A stretch of DNA of 64,000 nt from Botryllus schlosseri (Eukaryota): positions 17,176,001 through 17,240,000 of the forward strand of contig CM119371.1 of assembly GCA_051294905.1 (NCBI GenBank). The letters are read 5' to 3'. Below are positions 41,308-55,680 of this stretch, in pieces. The translations under genes were made by a program, and so were the position numbers. How positions within the stretch are numbered: the first letter of the stretch is position 1; every line of letters begins with the position of its first letter. The notes beneath the pieces are model-generated. The model was not told where the DNA came from. It saw only the letters and a list, made by a program, of their open reading frames with translations, and searched no databases.

Positions 41308-41723
41308 TAGAGCCAGACCGATATTGGATTTTTAGGCCGATACCGATAGAACCGATATTTACCACCTTCGCCGATAACACCGCTATATACAGCCGATATT
41401 CAAATAAGGTAAAATCTAACTCAAAAGGCGCATTTCCAAAACTCAATAGCATATATTTCAACAGCTTTACAGCCATTGTCATATTCGAACATACAATAAA
41501 CCAGAAAGGCTGCATCTGGTCACCTTAAAAGTGTAAGCTATAAGAAATATAGCAATATGCCCTGTCAAGCTGAGGATTTTAGTTTTCGGAATTCCTACAA
41601 CCATGTTGTGCCTTCACGAAAATGGCCGATATTTTTTCACCTCCAATGGCGGATACCGATAATTCTTTAAAAGTGTGATATCGACTCGATATTATCGGCG
41701 AACCGATAATCGGTCGGGCTCTG
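41308..41723. mobile_element. hAT MITE with CCGATA repeats
   Basis: TAGAGCCAGACCGAT / ATCGGTCGGGCTCTG. TSD GTCTTTAC on both sides. Confidence 0.85.
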
Positions 41724-42463
41724 GTCTTTACACTCCCAAGGTATTTTCAGCGCATTTCCTTTTTTTGATGTTATACTCCAGCATGATGCCCTCAGCCAGG
41801 TTTGTTACAGTGTTGGGATGACTTGAGTCATGACTTGAATCGAGTCACCTTTTTCGTATGACTTGACGATACTCGAGTAGGGGATGTATAGTAGTAGAAC
41901 ATATCCTTAATGAGTATTCAGAGGAAATTAACAATCTACAAAACATGTCGAATCTCGAAATTGTATGTCACGATGCGCGACGATGTTTACTACATATGTT
42001 TTCATAAATGTAGTGGGTTATTATAATTCACGTAAAATGAATTGCGCGTACTTTTAGATCGCCAATTTTCTGTTAAAACAATGCCGTCGGGCTTGCTATA
42101 GGGTGATTTTCAACAAAATGTTTCGAACTAGGTATTATATCCTGCAGCGCACAGCGTGTGGAAATAAAACATGTTTTGAAGCTTTTTGCACGAAATGAAT
42201 AACTAAATATACTTGTATTTGAGAGCTATACAGAATTAAATCGTCAGAATATTTCTTCATGGTATCATAAAGGATGATACTATCTAATGTTGCGGTCCAC
42301 AGCCTCACATGAACGTTATCTAATATGACTTGCCCTGTTTGGAATACATTCATGTTGAAATTAATAACTGGGTACCTACGAATTTCTCATTAGTGCATGT
42401 GTTTCGTGCGAGTAACTGTTTATTTACGAATTGCGTTGCTACTATAGTACCGTATGTCCGTAT

Positions 42464-43264
42464 GGTTGCCAGTAAATTCGGCCCTCGGTAAATTCAGCCA
42501 GTGAATTCGGCCCATGACCTCGGTAAATTCGGCCCTCCGAGAATATTGTATTAAAATGTATTTCCAACCGTTAACATGAATTAATTACATAATTATACTA
42601 TTATTAAGTGATTTGGATGTCAGGGTATGCGTAGATCGCATAATCGTGGGAGATAGCGGGGATATTCACGGGCCCGAATTTACCGATGGCCGAATTTACT
42701 CGGTAAATTCGTCCCCCGGAGAATTTTGTATAAAAATGTATTACCAACTATTAATGTGAATGAATTACATAATTATTTTATTATCGAGTGATTTGAAGGT
42801 CAGGGTATGCGTATATCGTACAGTCACGGGAGATAATGCAGATATTTACGGGGCCGAATTTACTGACCACCGAATTCAATTGGTAAATTCGGCCCTCGGA
42901 GAATTTTGTGTAAAATTGTATTACCAACTCTTAATGTGAATTATATTACATAATTATATTATTATCAAGTGATAGGAGCTTGGGGTTAGGATTAGGTTAG
43001 GGTTAAGGTTAGGATTAGAGTTAGTTAGGGTTATGATTAGGGTTAGGTTAGGGTTTTGATTAGGTTAGGATTAGGGTTAGTTTAGGGTTAGGATTGGGTT
43101 AGGTTAGGGTTAGGTTAGGGTTAAGGTTAGGTAATGTTATTGTAACTGTTATTGTTACCCTGGCCCTGGCCGAATTTACCGGGGGCCGAATTTACCTAAG
43201 GTCGAAGTGATCGAGGGCCGAAGTCACTGGCCGAATTTACCGAGGGCCGAATTTACTGGCAATC
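42464..43264. mobile_element. Non-autonomous Mutator-like element with a telomere-like tract
   Basis: TIRs GGTTGCCAGTAAATTCGGCCCTCGG. 9-bp TSD TGTCCGTAT. About three units of about 180 bp. GGTTA/TTAGGG tract at 42982-43132. Confidence 0.8.
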
Positions 43265-43401
43265 TGTCCGTATACTTGATAGTTTGTTATTGTTGCCAAT
43301 GGTACAATGCGAATTTCATGGTTTGTGATTTTGATTGTTGCGTTATACTTTGCCTTTTTGGTTTTGCTTTTAAATCTGTTTAAATCCCTTTAGTGTGCCG
43401 T

Positions 43402-43440
43402 TAACTCTTGAAAAGAGGCACCCGAAAAGTCTTCGAGTTG
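43402..43440 (+). ncRNA. Candidate minimal type I hammerhead ribozyme variant (U3-A8 core), Penelope-associated
   Basis: TAACTC-TTGAAAA-GAGGCACCC-GAAA-AGTCT-TC-GAGTTG: stem I AACTC/GAGTT, variant core, GAAA, and a UUC cleavage triplet. Confidence 0.6.
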
Positions 43441-45519
43441 TTAAATATTATTATACAATAGATATTGTATTGAAAGCTATAACTGGGTACAGTACTAAAA
43501 TCAATGTGAGCAGATATATGCATCCTATTCTCAGTTGACTTGGTCACACAAAGCACTACAACAAAATCCCATGCCACGATTTTTCCCGCATTGCCAATCG
43601 CAGATGTGAATTCGGGATGGTTCGAACCACCGCGTATGAGACCGTACCGATTGTTGTTATAACAACCTTGATTTTACCCTGAATATACCACATATAAATA
43701 TCATATGTTTTTTTTCTAGTCGAGTGGTCCTCGAGCGAGATTAAAGCGCGAAATATTTCCATTACTTGAGTCCCGAAAAGACCGACTGGACTTTGATCTC
43801 TTACCAGGGCCGAAACTGGTGCAACCCTAACCCCTAATCACTTGGGAGGGGGGGTTCGTAGGATGCCCTAAATTATTTCGGTGAATGTACATAAATCACA
43901 CATCATGTTGTGACGACTCCCCCACGAAAAAAATACCCATAATTATAGAAAATAGAAATAGGCATTTCGGCGTCAGCCATTACCAAGCCACGATGTACGA
44001 AAACATATGAAATTCCGGCCAATATGGGACTCCAAGAAGTATGCCAAAAACATCGTCAGCGAGAAATCCTTAGCCGAAGAGGATTGCACTTTATGTTGAC
44101 CGTAAACTTCGATGTATAGAAGTCTAATTGTCCATAGGTGCTTAAATCTATCGTGCCGAATTATCAGTCGTCGCAATCTGCACCCCAAAAGACAAATAAC
44201 ACCCATCAGAGAATATTTGCCAGCGAAGAAATACCAATTTTCAATCGTGTGCTTACTTTAGTTTAATACGTTTATGTACTTCAATATCTTTTGATTATAT
44301 AGCAGACAAGAGGTAACAAAATAACAACATGTAACGAAGTAATTGTACAAACGGGCACGCCCGAATATGTTCAATTATTATTTACGCGGCCTTCATTTTC
44401 AAAAACAGCAGCTCACTCAGCGCTACTGGTAAATATGATTACGTTGGCTGAGAGGATAAAAAGCTTATAGTGACATGTATATGCAATTATCACCTATTCA
44501 TTCATGCATTATAGACAATTTTGGCACCTAGGGCGACCAGACCACACAAACTTTGCTGACCATCAAAATGACGCGACGGGGTTCTTGGGCGCGAAGTCCC
44601 CAGAAGTTTCGTTTATCACGCTATGTCAATTCATTGATTCAATTTTTGCATTAATGGCTGTTAACACAGCCTGATTAAATTAAGTATCGACGACCGAATA
44701 ATTTCCCTTCTACTGCCGCAGATAGATCATCCCCGGTCTAAAGAATCTATACTTGGGTTTGCTATATGGACACTATACGAATTAGGTCGCACGAAGCCAC
44801 AATGCCGAACTCAGACGCAATGCAGAATTCGCTGCTAATTTGGAGGGATCTAGGGCCGCGAGCGGAATAATCGTAATCCGTACCGCGAAATATTTCGGTT
44901 CCTATACCATGCAAGTTTATCACATTTCGTGCTCGGCAACTCACTCTAAATCCGCAGTCTCGAACACATTGTCCGCGGGCCACACCCGGCCTGTCAGACC
45001 ATTTCATGCGGCCCGGGAAACAATTATAAGTAGAATTATGCAGCTAAACTCTAACATGCATTGAGATTTATAGTTGGAAAACCCGCCATTACATTTACAT
45101 TCTTGAAGGATTATTTACCGTTATTTTCATAGGCCACATTTATTACCATTCTAAAGCGGCATAGTCGGTGTCATTGACAGCCGATTTCCCGAAGGCAAAA
45201 ATGTAAATAGATTTTCACGGAAAAATACAACTCACAGTATAGTTATTCGCAAAAGCGAAAACGCCAATGCGTCCCGTTATATTCAGATTACATGAAAATA
45301 TCTGAGGCCACACTGTCGTATCGATTGTGACTCAGAAGATCGCCGCGGTTGCCAACTCTGAGTTTTTCTACAGTGGCTTGGATACGGATGGATTCGAGTA
45401 TCTCATACCGTAATAACTTCAAGGAACATGCCAATCAATGCAACATCTTAGTGCAACTTTTGTGAATAATTAATGTAACTTTCCGCGGATTCGACTGCTA
45501 GACCCTAATAACATTGGAA

Positions 45520-46322
45520 TCCATTCGCGGGCCGCACTACATAAAATTGGGATGCTTATAGCCATAATTCAATATTGTTATTAGATTATATAGTGACCAA
45601 AAACATAGAAATAATATATGTGCAATTGTATGTATCAAACAGACGAAACAGATTTGATGATAACGTACACGCGTTGGAAATATTAACGAAAATTAATAAG
45701 CTGTTCGTTCTCATTAGCAAAATTATGAAGGAAAATCGGTTGTACCGATCCTTAAAACTGGGAGTAAATTTGAAACTGTTGGCAGCGATCTGTTCATAAA
45801 TTTGCTGATTGTACTTTTGGTTAAACCCCAGAACACACAATGCTGACTCCATCATCACCATGTTACCTTTAAATACGCTTCCACAATATATAAATATTAT
45901 AAATATGAATACTTCTACAATTACCAAAAACGAATCTATCCAACACACTCGCGTATCGGTTTTTTCAAGTACATTACAAACAGTGATAAAGGTGTTCGTG
46001 TTGCCAATCTAAAATCACACTCGTGGTCCGAATTAAGTCATTTACGTTTCACTTTCTGTGACGTTTAGAAATCGAAATCTTTCAAAATGCGTGGACCGCG
46101 AGTTCGGGCTTTCACGCCAGCCATAAAGTAAAAAATGCGATATGGTTAGAATATAACTTATCGTTGAAATAAATATTAGGAAAGATTTTAATTAAGTACC
46201 CACAGTAACTTGACTTTTAGTAAGCATTTCTTCAATATTTCTGCGTTTTGAGGCTTTCACGGCTGCGCAATACAGTGTGGCGGGTCGCATGCGGCCCTCG
46301 GGCCGTCGTTTGCCCACCCCTG
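45520..46322. mobile_element. Degenerate hAT MITE
   Basis: Right end GCGGCCCTCGGGCCGTCGTTTGCCCACCCCTG. Left end is uncertain (TCGCGGGCCGCAC). Confidence 0.45.
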
Positions 46323-49300
46323 CCCTAGCAAACGGTGCTTTAAAAGTAGAAACACCATGGGAATCACTGACTCTAGTTCATTGGAGCTGATCTCGCTGTA
46401 GTGACAGTGTCACGCTGCAAAAAGTCGGCACCCGAGACCCGAAGTGGAATGAATGGCGGACTGAAATAAAGAGTGAAGTGAATGTGAACTACTGCGAAGC
46501 GCTTGAAGAAAGATGCATATGTCAACGATACTGATAAGATACAAAAAAGACAATGATACTGAATTGTACAATATCCATGTCGTGATGCACTAAGCCTAAA
46601 AAAGGCTATAAGCTCAACTGAAATGACTTCATTTTATTTTAATAATAACTTGAGCAATAATGAGGAGCATATGAAATCATGGCTGATGAAAAGAATAACG
46701 GTTAAATGTATAGTAAACCAACAATGGTGACCACAACATAAAAATATGTTGGGGCTCGCGAGTTATGCGTTTTGCGTTGGGACCGTTGAATCGCCAATTG
46801 CAATTTCAACTTCAAGCTGAAACTTGAGGTATTTAGGTGGTACTGTAGTTCACAGAAGAAAAATGCTGATCCACTGCAACATGGTGGACAGAAATAATAC
46901 AAAACGATCTGGAATCGCTTAAAACACCGTTGTATTCTGTTTCAGCAACTGGGGGCGGCCGAGGATGAAACTGCAAGCCACGAAACCGAGTCTTCAAATT
47001 CTTCCCAGTCAGGTAGAGTGATAAACACACCCGCAATTTATCTTTCCATGAGATCCGCGAAATTTTGTTTAAACGAACACGCAGAAGTGATCAACGTATA
47101 GGCATGTCTGATGCTCGAGTTCAGGTAGAAGTAATTCCGTAGTGCATGAGTTTTCAAACTAGGAGACGTGACCCCGTCTGTTTTAAATGTAACCCTACAC
47201 AGGAAACATGCCTACGCCGCGGTCGAATAAGTTATAGATCAGGGGTGGCAAATAGTCCCATGAAATCGAAACTACAGGTAAATGTTTATATGCCACGTTG
47301 TAACCATCCGACAGCGGTATGATGATTTCACTCTAGTCCAGAGGTTACCAACCTTTTTTGGCCGTGGCTCAATTACAGGTTTTAAAATGTTCTGTGGCCC
47401 ATCTCTTAGCCTAGAGCAAGAACGGGCAACATACGGCCCGCGACGGGATTTCGTCCGGCCCGCGGACAGTTTCCCGTTTTCTGTCGAGATTACCCATTAC
47501 TCGGTCAGACGTCAAATTTTAGTGACTGTATGTTATTATATACGCGTGAGCTGTGCATAGCGTGTAAGAGTGGAACTCACGCGTAAGTTCGTCGAAGCGA
47601 AATCATGGTATGCATATCCTCAGTTTGTGTGCATATATATCTTGAGTCGGGGTATTTGCCATAAAAATATCAAGGACAAAAATAAACTACATCGTTTCCT
47701 TTCTTGTATCGTATTCATATTATCATTATGATCATTTGCAATGAGGGTCGCTGAGACATTTTCAACTCTAATTCTATCATCAGACCTTCATTTTTCCTTT
47801 ATCCATATGAATTGAATTCGAGGTACCTGGTCACTTTTCACTTACACAATGATGGCAGCACCACTCACCCACCGTAAAAGTTATTATGTACTCAGGATGC
47901 TGTGTATATTGGTTTGAGTGCGCAACATTTGCTCCTATGTACAATAGGTGCCTTCAAAAACGATATATTTTCTCAAATCGTACTGGCTACTTCTTAAAAC
48001 AGCTAAATAGTATTTACAGTAGGCATCACTATAATAAATAATTGAAGAATTAGTCACCGTAAATACTATTTCATTCATAATCCAAATTTTTCGAAGGCAG
48101 CAACTCGGCCTTCGCTGGATGGAATTGAACCAAATTTGGGGAACATCGCTTCTATGGACAACCTAACACTTTCATGGGGTGAACATAAGATTTTAAATTT
48201 TTTTGTTATTCATTTTTATTCATTTGGTGTGTAGGCTTAAATTGGGTAACCTAACAATTTTATCAAGTAACCAGTACGATTAGGGAAAAAAGTCATTTTT
48301 GAATACCCCTAATGTACAATGATAAAGTTATGCGTGGTGATTATCTAACAAATGCGTTAGCAAATGTCTACGAAGAATTCTCGGTATGTAATCTAAGACT
48401 TAGATGATCGCCACCACTGCACAGCTACATGGGTCGTATTCTTATCCACCGCACCAGCTTAGTTGGATACCCACGTTGGACCCGACATAATCCAACAGAC
48501 ATAGCCTGTAAGTCTATATTAATTCTCCTTGGTACCAAGTTGGCTTACCTGATGGGTACTAACTTTAACTCCATGTGGGTCCCGTGTGGTAGGCCTACCC
48601 AAGTAGTCGTAAGACTTGCATTATCGGCATTTTACTATGTACTCAATCCTAATGAATTGAAATCTTGGTAAATTTGGAGTACCGGGCTTATCGAACGCCT
48701 TGAAATCTTTATTAGTGATTGCACCGTGTGTTAATTGATCAGAGAGAAGCAGAAATGGCGGCGCCTGTATGATGATGCTGTTCTCAAATCCACATTTCAC
48801 TCATCATTATCGGCTTGATCTGGCTTTCAAGTGACATTGATGTCGTTAAAATACATTCATTAAATACGATTTATTCCTTGTATATGTCAATACCTGGGCG
48901 AATAATGTATCGATTCAGCAATCCGGCCGTCATGTTCCTAATTTTCCTACATCCGGCCCGCCGACTGGAGAAGTTGCCAGTAGTTATATAGATGGCTCGT
49001 GATGTGGCAGGGGTTCTTATGGCGGGGTGGCGATTCGCCTGGAAACCCGGGGTGGCGATTCGCCTCTTATCTCTTATGGCGGGGCCGCGATTCGCCATGT
49101 GTTCTTATGGATGCGGTCGTGATTCGCCTTTTCGGATATAGGCTGCGGCGGTGAATCGTATTGAAATACTCGTGGTCGTGACTCGCCTTTTTTGCTATAG
49201 GCTGCGGCGGTGATGCGCCATGTATTCTTACGGGATCTGTGGTGATTCGCCATGTGTTCTTATGGGTGCGGTCGTGAATCGTACTTTTAGGTATAGACAT

Positions 49301-51917
49301 CTCTCGCATATCATACTTTCGGGTATAGACATCACTAAACAGGAAATTCACTAATCCGCAGTGCATTGCGCGATTTTGAAAACCAGATGTTGGCGGTTTT
49401 GTGTGACCCACTAAATACGTCCGTTTTGGAAATTCGGAGCGCGCACTATCGTATCGATTATTCCGCTAATCCGGTAAGTACTATTACATACAGGAGTATT
49501 CAGTATTCAGCAACGACACGAAAAGCGACCAACAAATAACCGCACTCGTAAATTAACACCTAAAAAAGTGTAAAATAGATTGCAAATCCCGCGATCGCTA
49601 ACAAGATAATGTCTCGGGTATAACCATTTAGTGACTTGGTGTTAAAGACATACCGATCGCTCACAAGGTAATATTTCGGTAATTAGTTTGTCACAGAGCC
49701 GTCGCAGACGGTGATTCGAAAACCAGCAATTTGACACTTTCTGGTGGTCGCTATATGTTTTGACACTTCGAACAGTGGCTGACTTTAGTTGCACGCTAAG
49801 AATTATGAGAATATTCAATCAATGTGTCAATTTGTCAACTTGAAATGAAACTTACTACACAACTCAAGTTGATTCGTATCTGAATGTGTTAATTCGGTAC
49901 AATTCTAATTAATTTGAGAAATCTTTTGATTCGACCGTAACCCGAATATTACTGACGCCGACTTTCAGCCGCATCGAATTATTCACACATTCCGCGCCGC
50001 TGTTTTCGCACTTATAGAATCAATACCAACTATAACTCTACAAGAATCAAGAATCACAAGTATGTGCATTATACAGTTATTGTCTTTATCAACACGAAAT
50101 CAAACTCTTAACAAAAACACACATCTTCATGAAAACCATCGAGTCCTTATCATCAAAAATGTTATAGTGCGGCGTCGGAATCCATTCGCGGAGTGTACTA
50201 AAGTTAAATCCAGATAATCCAAAATGAAATATTTGGACTTTGCCATAGTGTGAATTGAAATAGGATTGACAAACATGACTACCAACTTTGATCCAGTCAC
50301 ATTTCAAGATGATACTTTGAAACAAGTAATGTAACATTACAACTCTATTCACGATCCTGCTTTCCGTTTGTCAAAGAGATATTTTAACATCTTACCATAC
50401 TCAAAAGAATTATTCACAACATTAACAATTGTTAAAAATCTAGTTTCACTTACTTGATTATATCACTACAACTCACAAATTTACATTAATTCATCCTGGT
50501 TGGATTCGTATGCTCTATCTTTTTATTCAATTGTAAAGGTTGTTACTATTCTGAAGACAAAGTATTTACTAATCGGCGCATATACGATTTGACTTGGACA
50601 TATTATATTTTGAGTATACGAGATTTCAATGTCTGAACAATAACTGAGAATTAATTTATCTCAATTAAATCCGTATATTACAGCGTAAAAGATATTGGGG
50701 TGTCAGCAACTCTGTACGGTCGTAGTTACAACCACATTAACTAATCTACCCAGGCAACTCGTCATGATCATTCCTGAAATCAACACAAACACGACCACTG
50801 ACTTGAGTTAACCGCGAAACAGCATCAAGTTTTAAATCCGCTTGCAGCTGACGGATTATTCGAATGCATCGATGGAGAATATTATTGAACTCGTCGGTAT
50901 TGTTACTTCAACGAATTACACCGACTGCGAAAGTTAATATCGAATGGTAAGACTTGATCACATATTTGTTGATCACAGACATGACAAAAAAACATTACCG
51001 AGATTTTATAAACTAGTCATATTACTCTACACATCTATCAATATCAAAATGCGAGTCATCCAATTTTTCTACTAAAGTAACATTGCACTTTCGGATTCGA
51101 ATTCGGTATAGTCATACAAATTGTATTAAATCCAACATCAAAACAAAAGGAATTTTTTTAGTTTATTGAAATCAAATCATTCGTCTTCGACTTGTGCTTT
51201 TCTAGATTACCCGCGACAATTCGTTTCGAGTGAGTTGTAACCAAAGGCAAGATATCTTTGTGTCCACAGATATGGAAGATGAATATAGCTAACACAATCA
51301 CGAATCGACGTTTCAGAGTATTTCACGGGTGTAATAAACTTGTTAGTGTCACCTATCTAAAAGTACGCACGCGTTCGATTTCCATACCGACTGTTGCGAT
51401 GTTTAGGATTCACTTACAATAACCACGGGTGAGGATTTAACATCAATGTCGTTACTGTCGGAATTTGCGACAGAGAATTGAAACATATGCACTTTACAGA
51501 GTGTGAAAATATCACTTTGAGTATCGAGTACCGCTCGAAGCTAGCGATCAATTCTTAATCATTTCAGTAACTCCCCATTGTGCGTGCTAAATGCAAAATA
51601 TCGCGAGGTTATACACTCTAAGACTTTGATTATTGTAAAAGTAAATTGTGATATGTTTGTTAGATGCGTCCAATTCAACTAGAAGTGTCTAGTACCCAAC
51701 ACTCGTAATATCAAAAAAGTACTTGCTACACTGTTATTTGCTAAACGTGTTTTGCATTGTTGTTCATTTCTAGTATTGATTGAAGTTGTTTTTGAACCCT
51801 CAAATAATAATTCCCGACATGAAACTAAGCCGCCGAAAGTCGTTAACATCACAAAGAAACAGTTTGCACGATGTTTACTAAATGTGTCCTATAGTTAGGT
51901 GTACTGGAATTATTTGT

Positions 51918-51920
<3 letters not shown>

Positions 51921-51950
<30 letters not shown>
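51921..51950. repeat. (AC)15 microsatellite, mirrored as (GT)15 at 59345-59374
   Basis: Direct reading of the sequence. Confidence 0.95.
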
Positions 51951-51952
<2 letters not shown>

Positions 51953-53739
51953 TCAGAGAAATTGGAAATTTTTCCGTTGTCATTCGCTAAAGTAAATGTC
52001 ATCACAATACTCTGTCACTAAAAGACGTTACTTGGACGTGCTTGAATTCTAGACATAGTTCTGATTTACCCAACACAAGACCCATGGACAACCCTAGTTT
52101 CAACCGAACACAGATATCCAAAATATCACACACTTCGCTATTCCTAAAGCACAAACACACGATACAAAATAATACTTGTTGTGTTGTTGCGGCATCATCA
52201 CTCAACAATATCACCGTCAATACAAATGATGTTTATGTGTAACATGCTATTGATTTGAACCACACCCACCTGACAGAAGAGGATTTACTCAATCTTTACA
52301 AAATGGATATTGACCAACATCACACCACCGGATTGTATCTGTTTCGCTGGATACGAGTTATGTTAGTTTAACAGTAAACAAATTTCACCCTCTTGGATTA
52401 TGAACTCAATGCGTCAGCAGTCATTCAATATTTTGTTTGTGTCAACTAGTTACTTTGTATGTTACCCCACAACTCTTACAAAAGTACGAAGGATATTAAC
52501 ACAAAGTAATTAACTTTACTCGATATTCTCGCATTACGAAACTAAAGAATGGGTGGTTAGACTCTACAAACTGTTTCGATATCACAAGACCTTTATTGTC
52601 TGAATGGGTGTTCATGTGTCTTAAGAACCAAATAGTTCAACACAGCACTAGTACCAACAGAAACATCAGAGTTGGTCACACAAAAGTTTGTATGCGTGCA
52701 GTATGCGAATACCATGTGTAAGTCCAGCACAATTGTGGTATCCATCCGGTTTTAGTTAACACAATTTACGACACCGAGGTCACCTCATCTTTCGTAAGAC
52801 AACAAACCAACCAAGGTTTCAGGATATGTCCGTGTCATAGCAATAAATCAGCTACTCCAACAACAGAGTACATATGTTTTCTAGTTACGGTGCTTACATC
52901 TTACACACAAATCAATCTACTTTGCTAACAAAAAGTGCTGGGTCATCAAGTGATTACCCTAACAACAAAACAGCTAAACGTACTATCATACAAAATGGCC
53001 GTTATAGTCACCAACGGTACATGGTACAAGTAACAAGTCTCGAGAATCCAGTTATTGAAAAAACATGAAAGTGTTTCTCCTGCGCCAAGTCGTTATGTTG
53101 ACGAAAGCGTATATTGTAATATCATGATCGATTTGCATTCGTTGGTCGCAAAATGTCACTACTCTAAATAATTATTTTTCACTCAAACACAAACGCATAC
53201 TTGTCGCCAATCGTTTTTCATCAAGCACGAGTTCAAGAAACCTGCTACGACATGAATTCCGATTTAGTTTTACAAATATTTTATAATTGTTTTTAGTAAC
53301 ACTATATCAATGTCATCAAGTTGAGTGTTTACGATATTAGTGTGTAGGTGTGTGTGTCATACTTGGAGGATCCGTATTACAATTGACTCGAATTGACTAA
53401 ATGTAAGAAGGGTTGAAATGTTTCGAATCGATTCATAAGTGGTCTTCGTTGTGGTTTTCGTCGGGTCATACAGCACGAACTAACTGTAGACTCCTCTCTG
53501 TTGTACAGCTACTCGGTAATCGATATGCATTAACATGTAAACAACGATCTTGTTTCGTCACACCAAAAATATGTTCACTGTCGCGATACGCCGCACAAGA
53601 CGTGCATAGCCTTTTCACACTCGTAATAGTATACCAACGTCAAGCAATAACGTTTAACAAGACCAACGACACTGAACCCACGACGTTTACCTATGTAAAA
53701 TTACCACTTTCACTTGCCAGTCCATCGTTTACCTGACTA

Positions 53740-54425
53740 AACATATTATTTTCCTTTGGAGATCTGCCGTTTACCCAGAGTAAGAAACCATTTTCCCTCG
53801 TAAATATTTTTTTTCCTCGGCTAACAAACCTTTTTTCACTTGGAAATATATTTTTCTCTGGGTAAGAAACCATTTTCATTGGGAAATCTATTTTTTTTCC
53901 CTGGGTAACAAACCTTTTTTCACTTGGAAATATATTTTTTTCCCGGATAACAAACCTTTTTCACTTGGAAATATATTTTCCCCCGGATAACAAACCTTTT
54001 TCACTTGGAAATATATTTTTTCCCTGGGTAACAAACCTTTTTCACTTGGACATATATTTTTTCTCTGGGTAACAAACCTTTTTCACTTGGAAATATATTT
54101 TTTCTTTGAGCAACAAACCTTTTTCACTTGGAAATATATTTTTATCCTACAGCAACAAACCATTTTCACTTGGTAGTCCACCGTTTACCTGAGTAAAAAT
54201 ATCATTTTCCTTTGGAGATCTGGCGTTTACCCATGCTAACAAACCATTTTCACTTGGAAAAATACTTTTACCTAGAGTAACTAATCATTTTCTTTTGGAA
54301 ATATATTTTCTCCCAGGGTAACAAATCCTTTTCGCTTGGAAAACTGTCATTCACCTGAGTACCAATACCGTTTTCACTTGGAAATCTATCTTTTCGCTAG
54401 GTAATAATACCATTTTCGTTTTGAA
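53740..54425. repeat. Minisatellite with a unit of about 39 bp, mirrored at about 56870-57555
   Basis: Unit CTGGGTAACAAACCTTTTTCACTTGGAAATATATTTTTT, degenerate at the edges. Confidence 0.92.
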
Positions 54426-54569
54426 AACTGACACACACACCGGACAATTTGATATTTTTTGTATATTGTTACAACAAACGGTGACAAAATATACACCAGC
54501 AACGACTCCATACATTTGTGTAATCAAATATTCAGTTGCTCTGATGCATCCATCAAAATAATTGGTTAC

Positions 54570-55680
54570 TCACATACAATAACAATGTGCTGTTGTACAT
54601 CGACATGTATGTTTTCGGAATTGGTGAATAAAGGGGTTTCCGATATGTCCGTGATGTCCGGGTTCGTGCTTTAGATTTTCCAGAGTCAAAATGTCTGAAT
54701 AAAACACCTCCTCGACTTTGGTAGCTGGTTGATACACGGATAATGGTGTTCGGAAAACGGATGAATTTATGTTCCCCATCGCGCCGACAACTCCGGGTTA
54801 CTTGTGAGTTTCCTCAGGTCTGTTTACTATATTGTGTCTTTACTGATCAATACATGTCGCTCCAGTCAGCTGAAACCGGATCACTAATACGAGAAAGTGT
54901 GTGGGGGCCTGATCCGGATATTCACTCATGAACCAACGACCAATATTCAAGTAAACATGTTACAGACCGTGTTTTGTCTCCATGAAAAATACCAATGCAT
55001 ACACCATCACATCAAGTACGTCACGATTGTTCACAAGTATTCACGTAGACGAGGTGTACATACAATTTGTCGGTGTACAAACATCATGGAAAACAAATTC
55101 ATGTTCTCAAGTCTCATCATGCGACGACTCTGTACATTCAATGTGGGCATAGATGACACACGGCATGATACAATTGACAGCGCATTATGCATGTTGATAT
55201 ATTCTCAGTCAAATATGCGAACCATACACAATCATATACCCTGATTTTCGCTGAATATCCACAACACCAACAAATCTGTACATTTCTTTTCCCTCAACCT
55301 TGACGATAGAGTTGTCATCCCAATGTACCAGTCGAGTGTATGGTTCATCTGGTGTAAAATCCAAATCAAATGTCACCAAGGTATCGTTTTTCATTTTTAA
55401 TATTTCCACTGCCGCATCTTGTCTGTGTCGTAAAACCACGGCGTGGGGCCAGAGGAATCTATGGCCAGTTACGCGTAGTCCCATATTTACTCGTGGATAT
55501 GGTTAGGTTACGACAACGTTTTCTCAATGGTCTGTGTGGGTGCACCGTTTCAATACGTAGCTGGATCAACTAGACCAAAAGTCTCCAACCGCGTTTTATA
55601 ACGACCTGTAGAATTACGAGATAGCACCCTCTTGCGGTGTGATTAACACGAAATAAGCCTTCAACTCGCAGAGACACACC
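54570..55680 (-). pseudogene. Possible decayed ORF of unknown product crossing the spacer/arm boundary of palindrome 2
   Basis: ORFs 55209-55484 and 54570-54779 are in the same minus frame (starts 705 bp apart). The intervening and upstream translation looks protein-like with scattered stops. Confidence 0.3.

Noticed and set aside
42982..43132. True telomere or fusion site
   Set aside because: Irregular units, single orientation, and enclosed by TIRs and a TSD.
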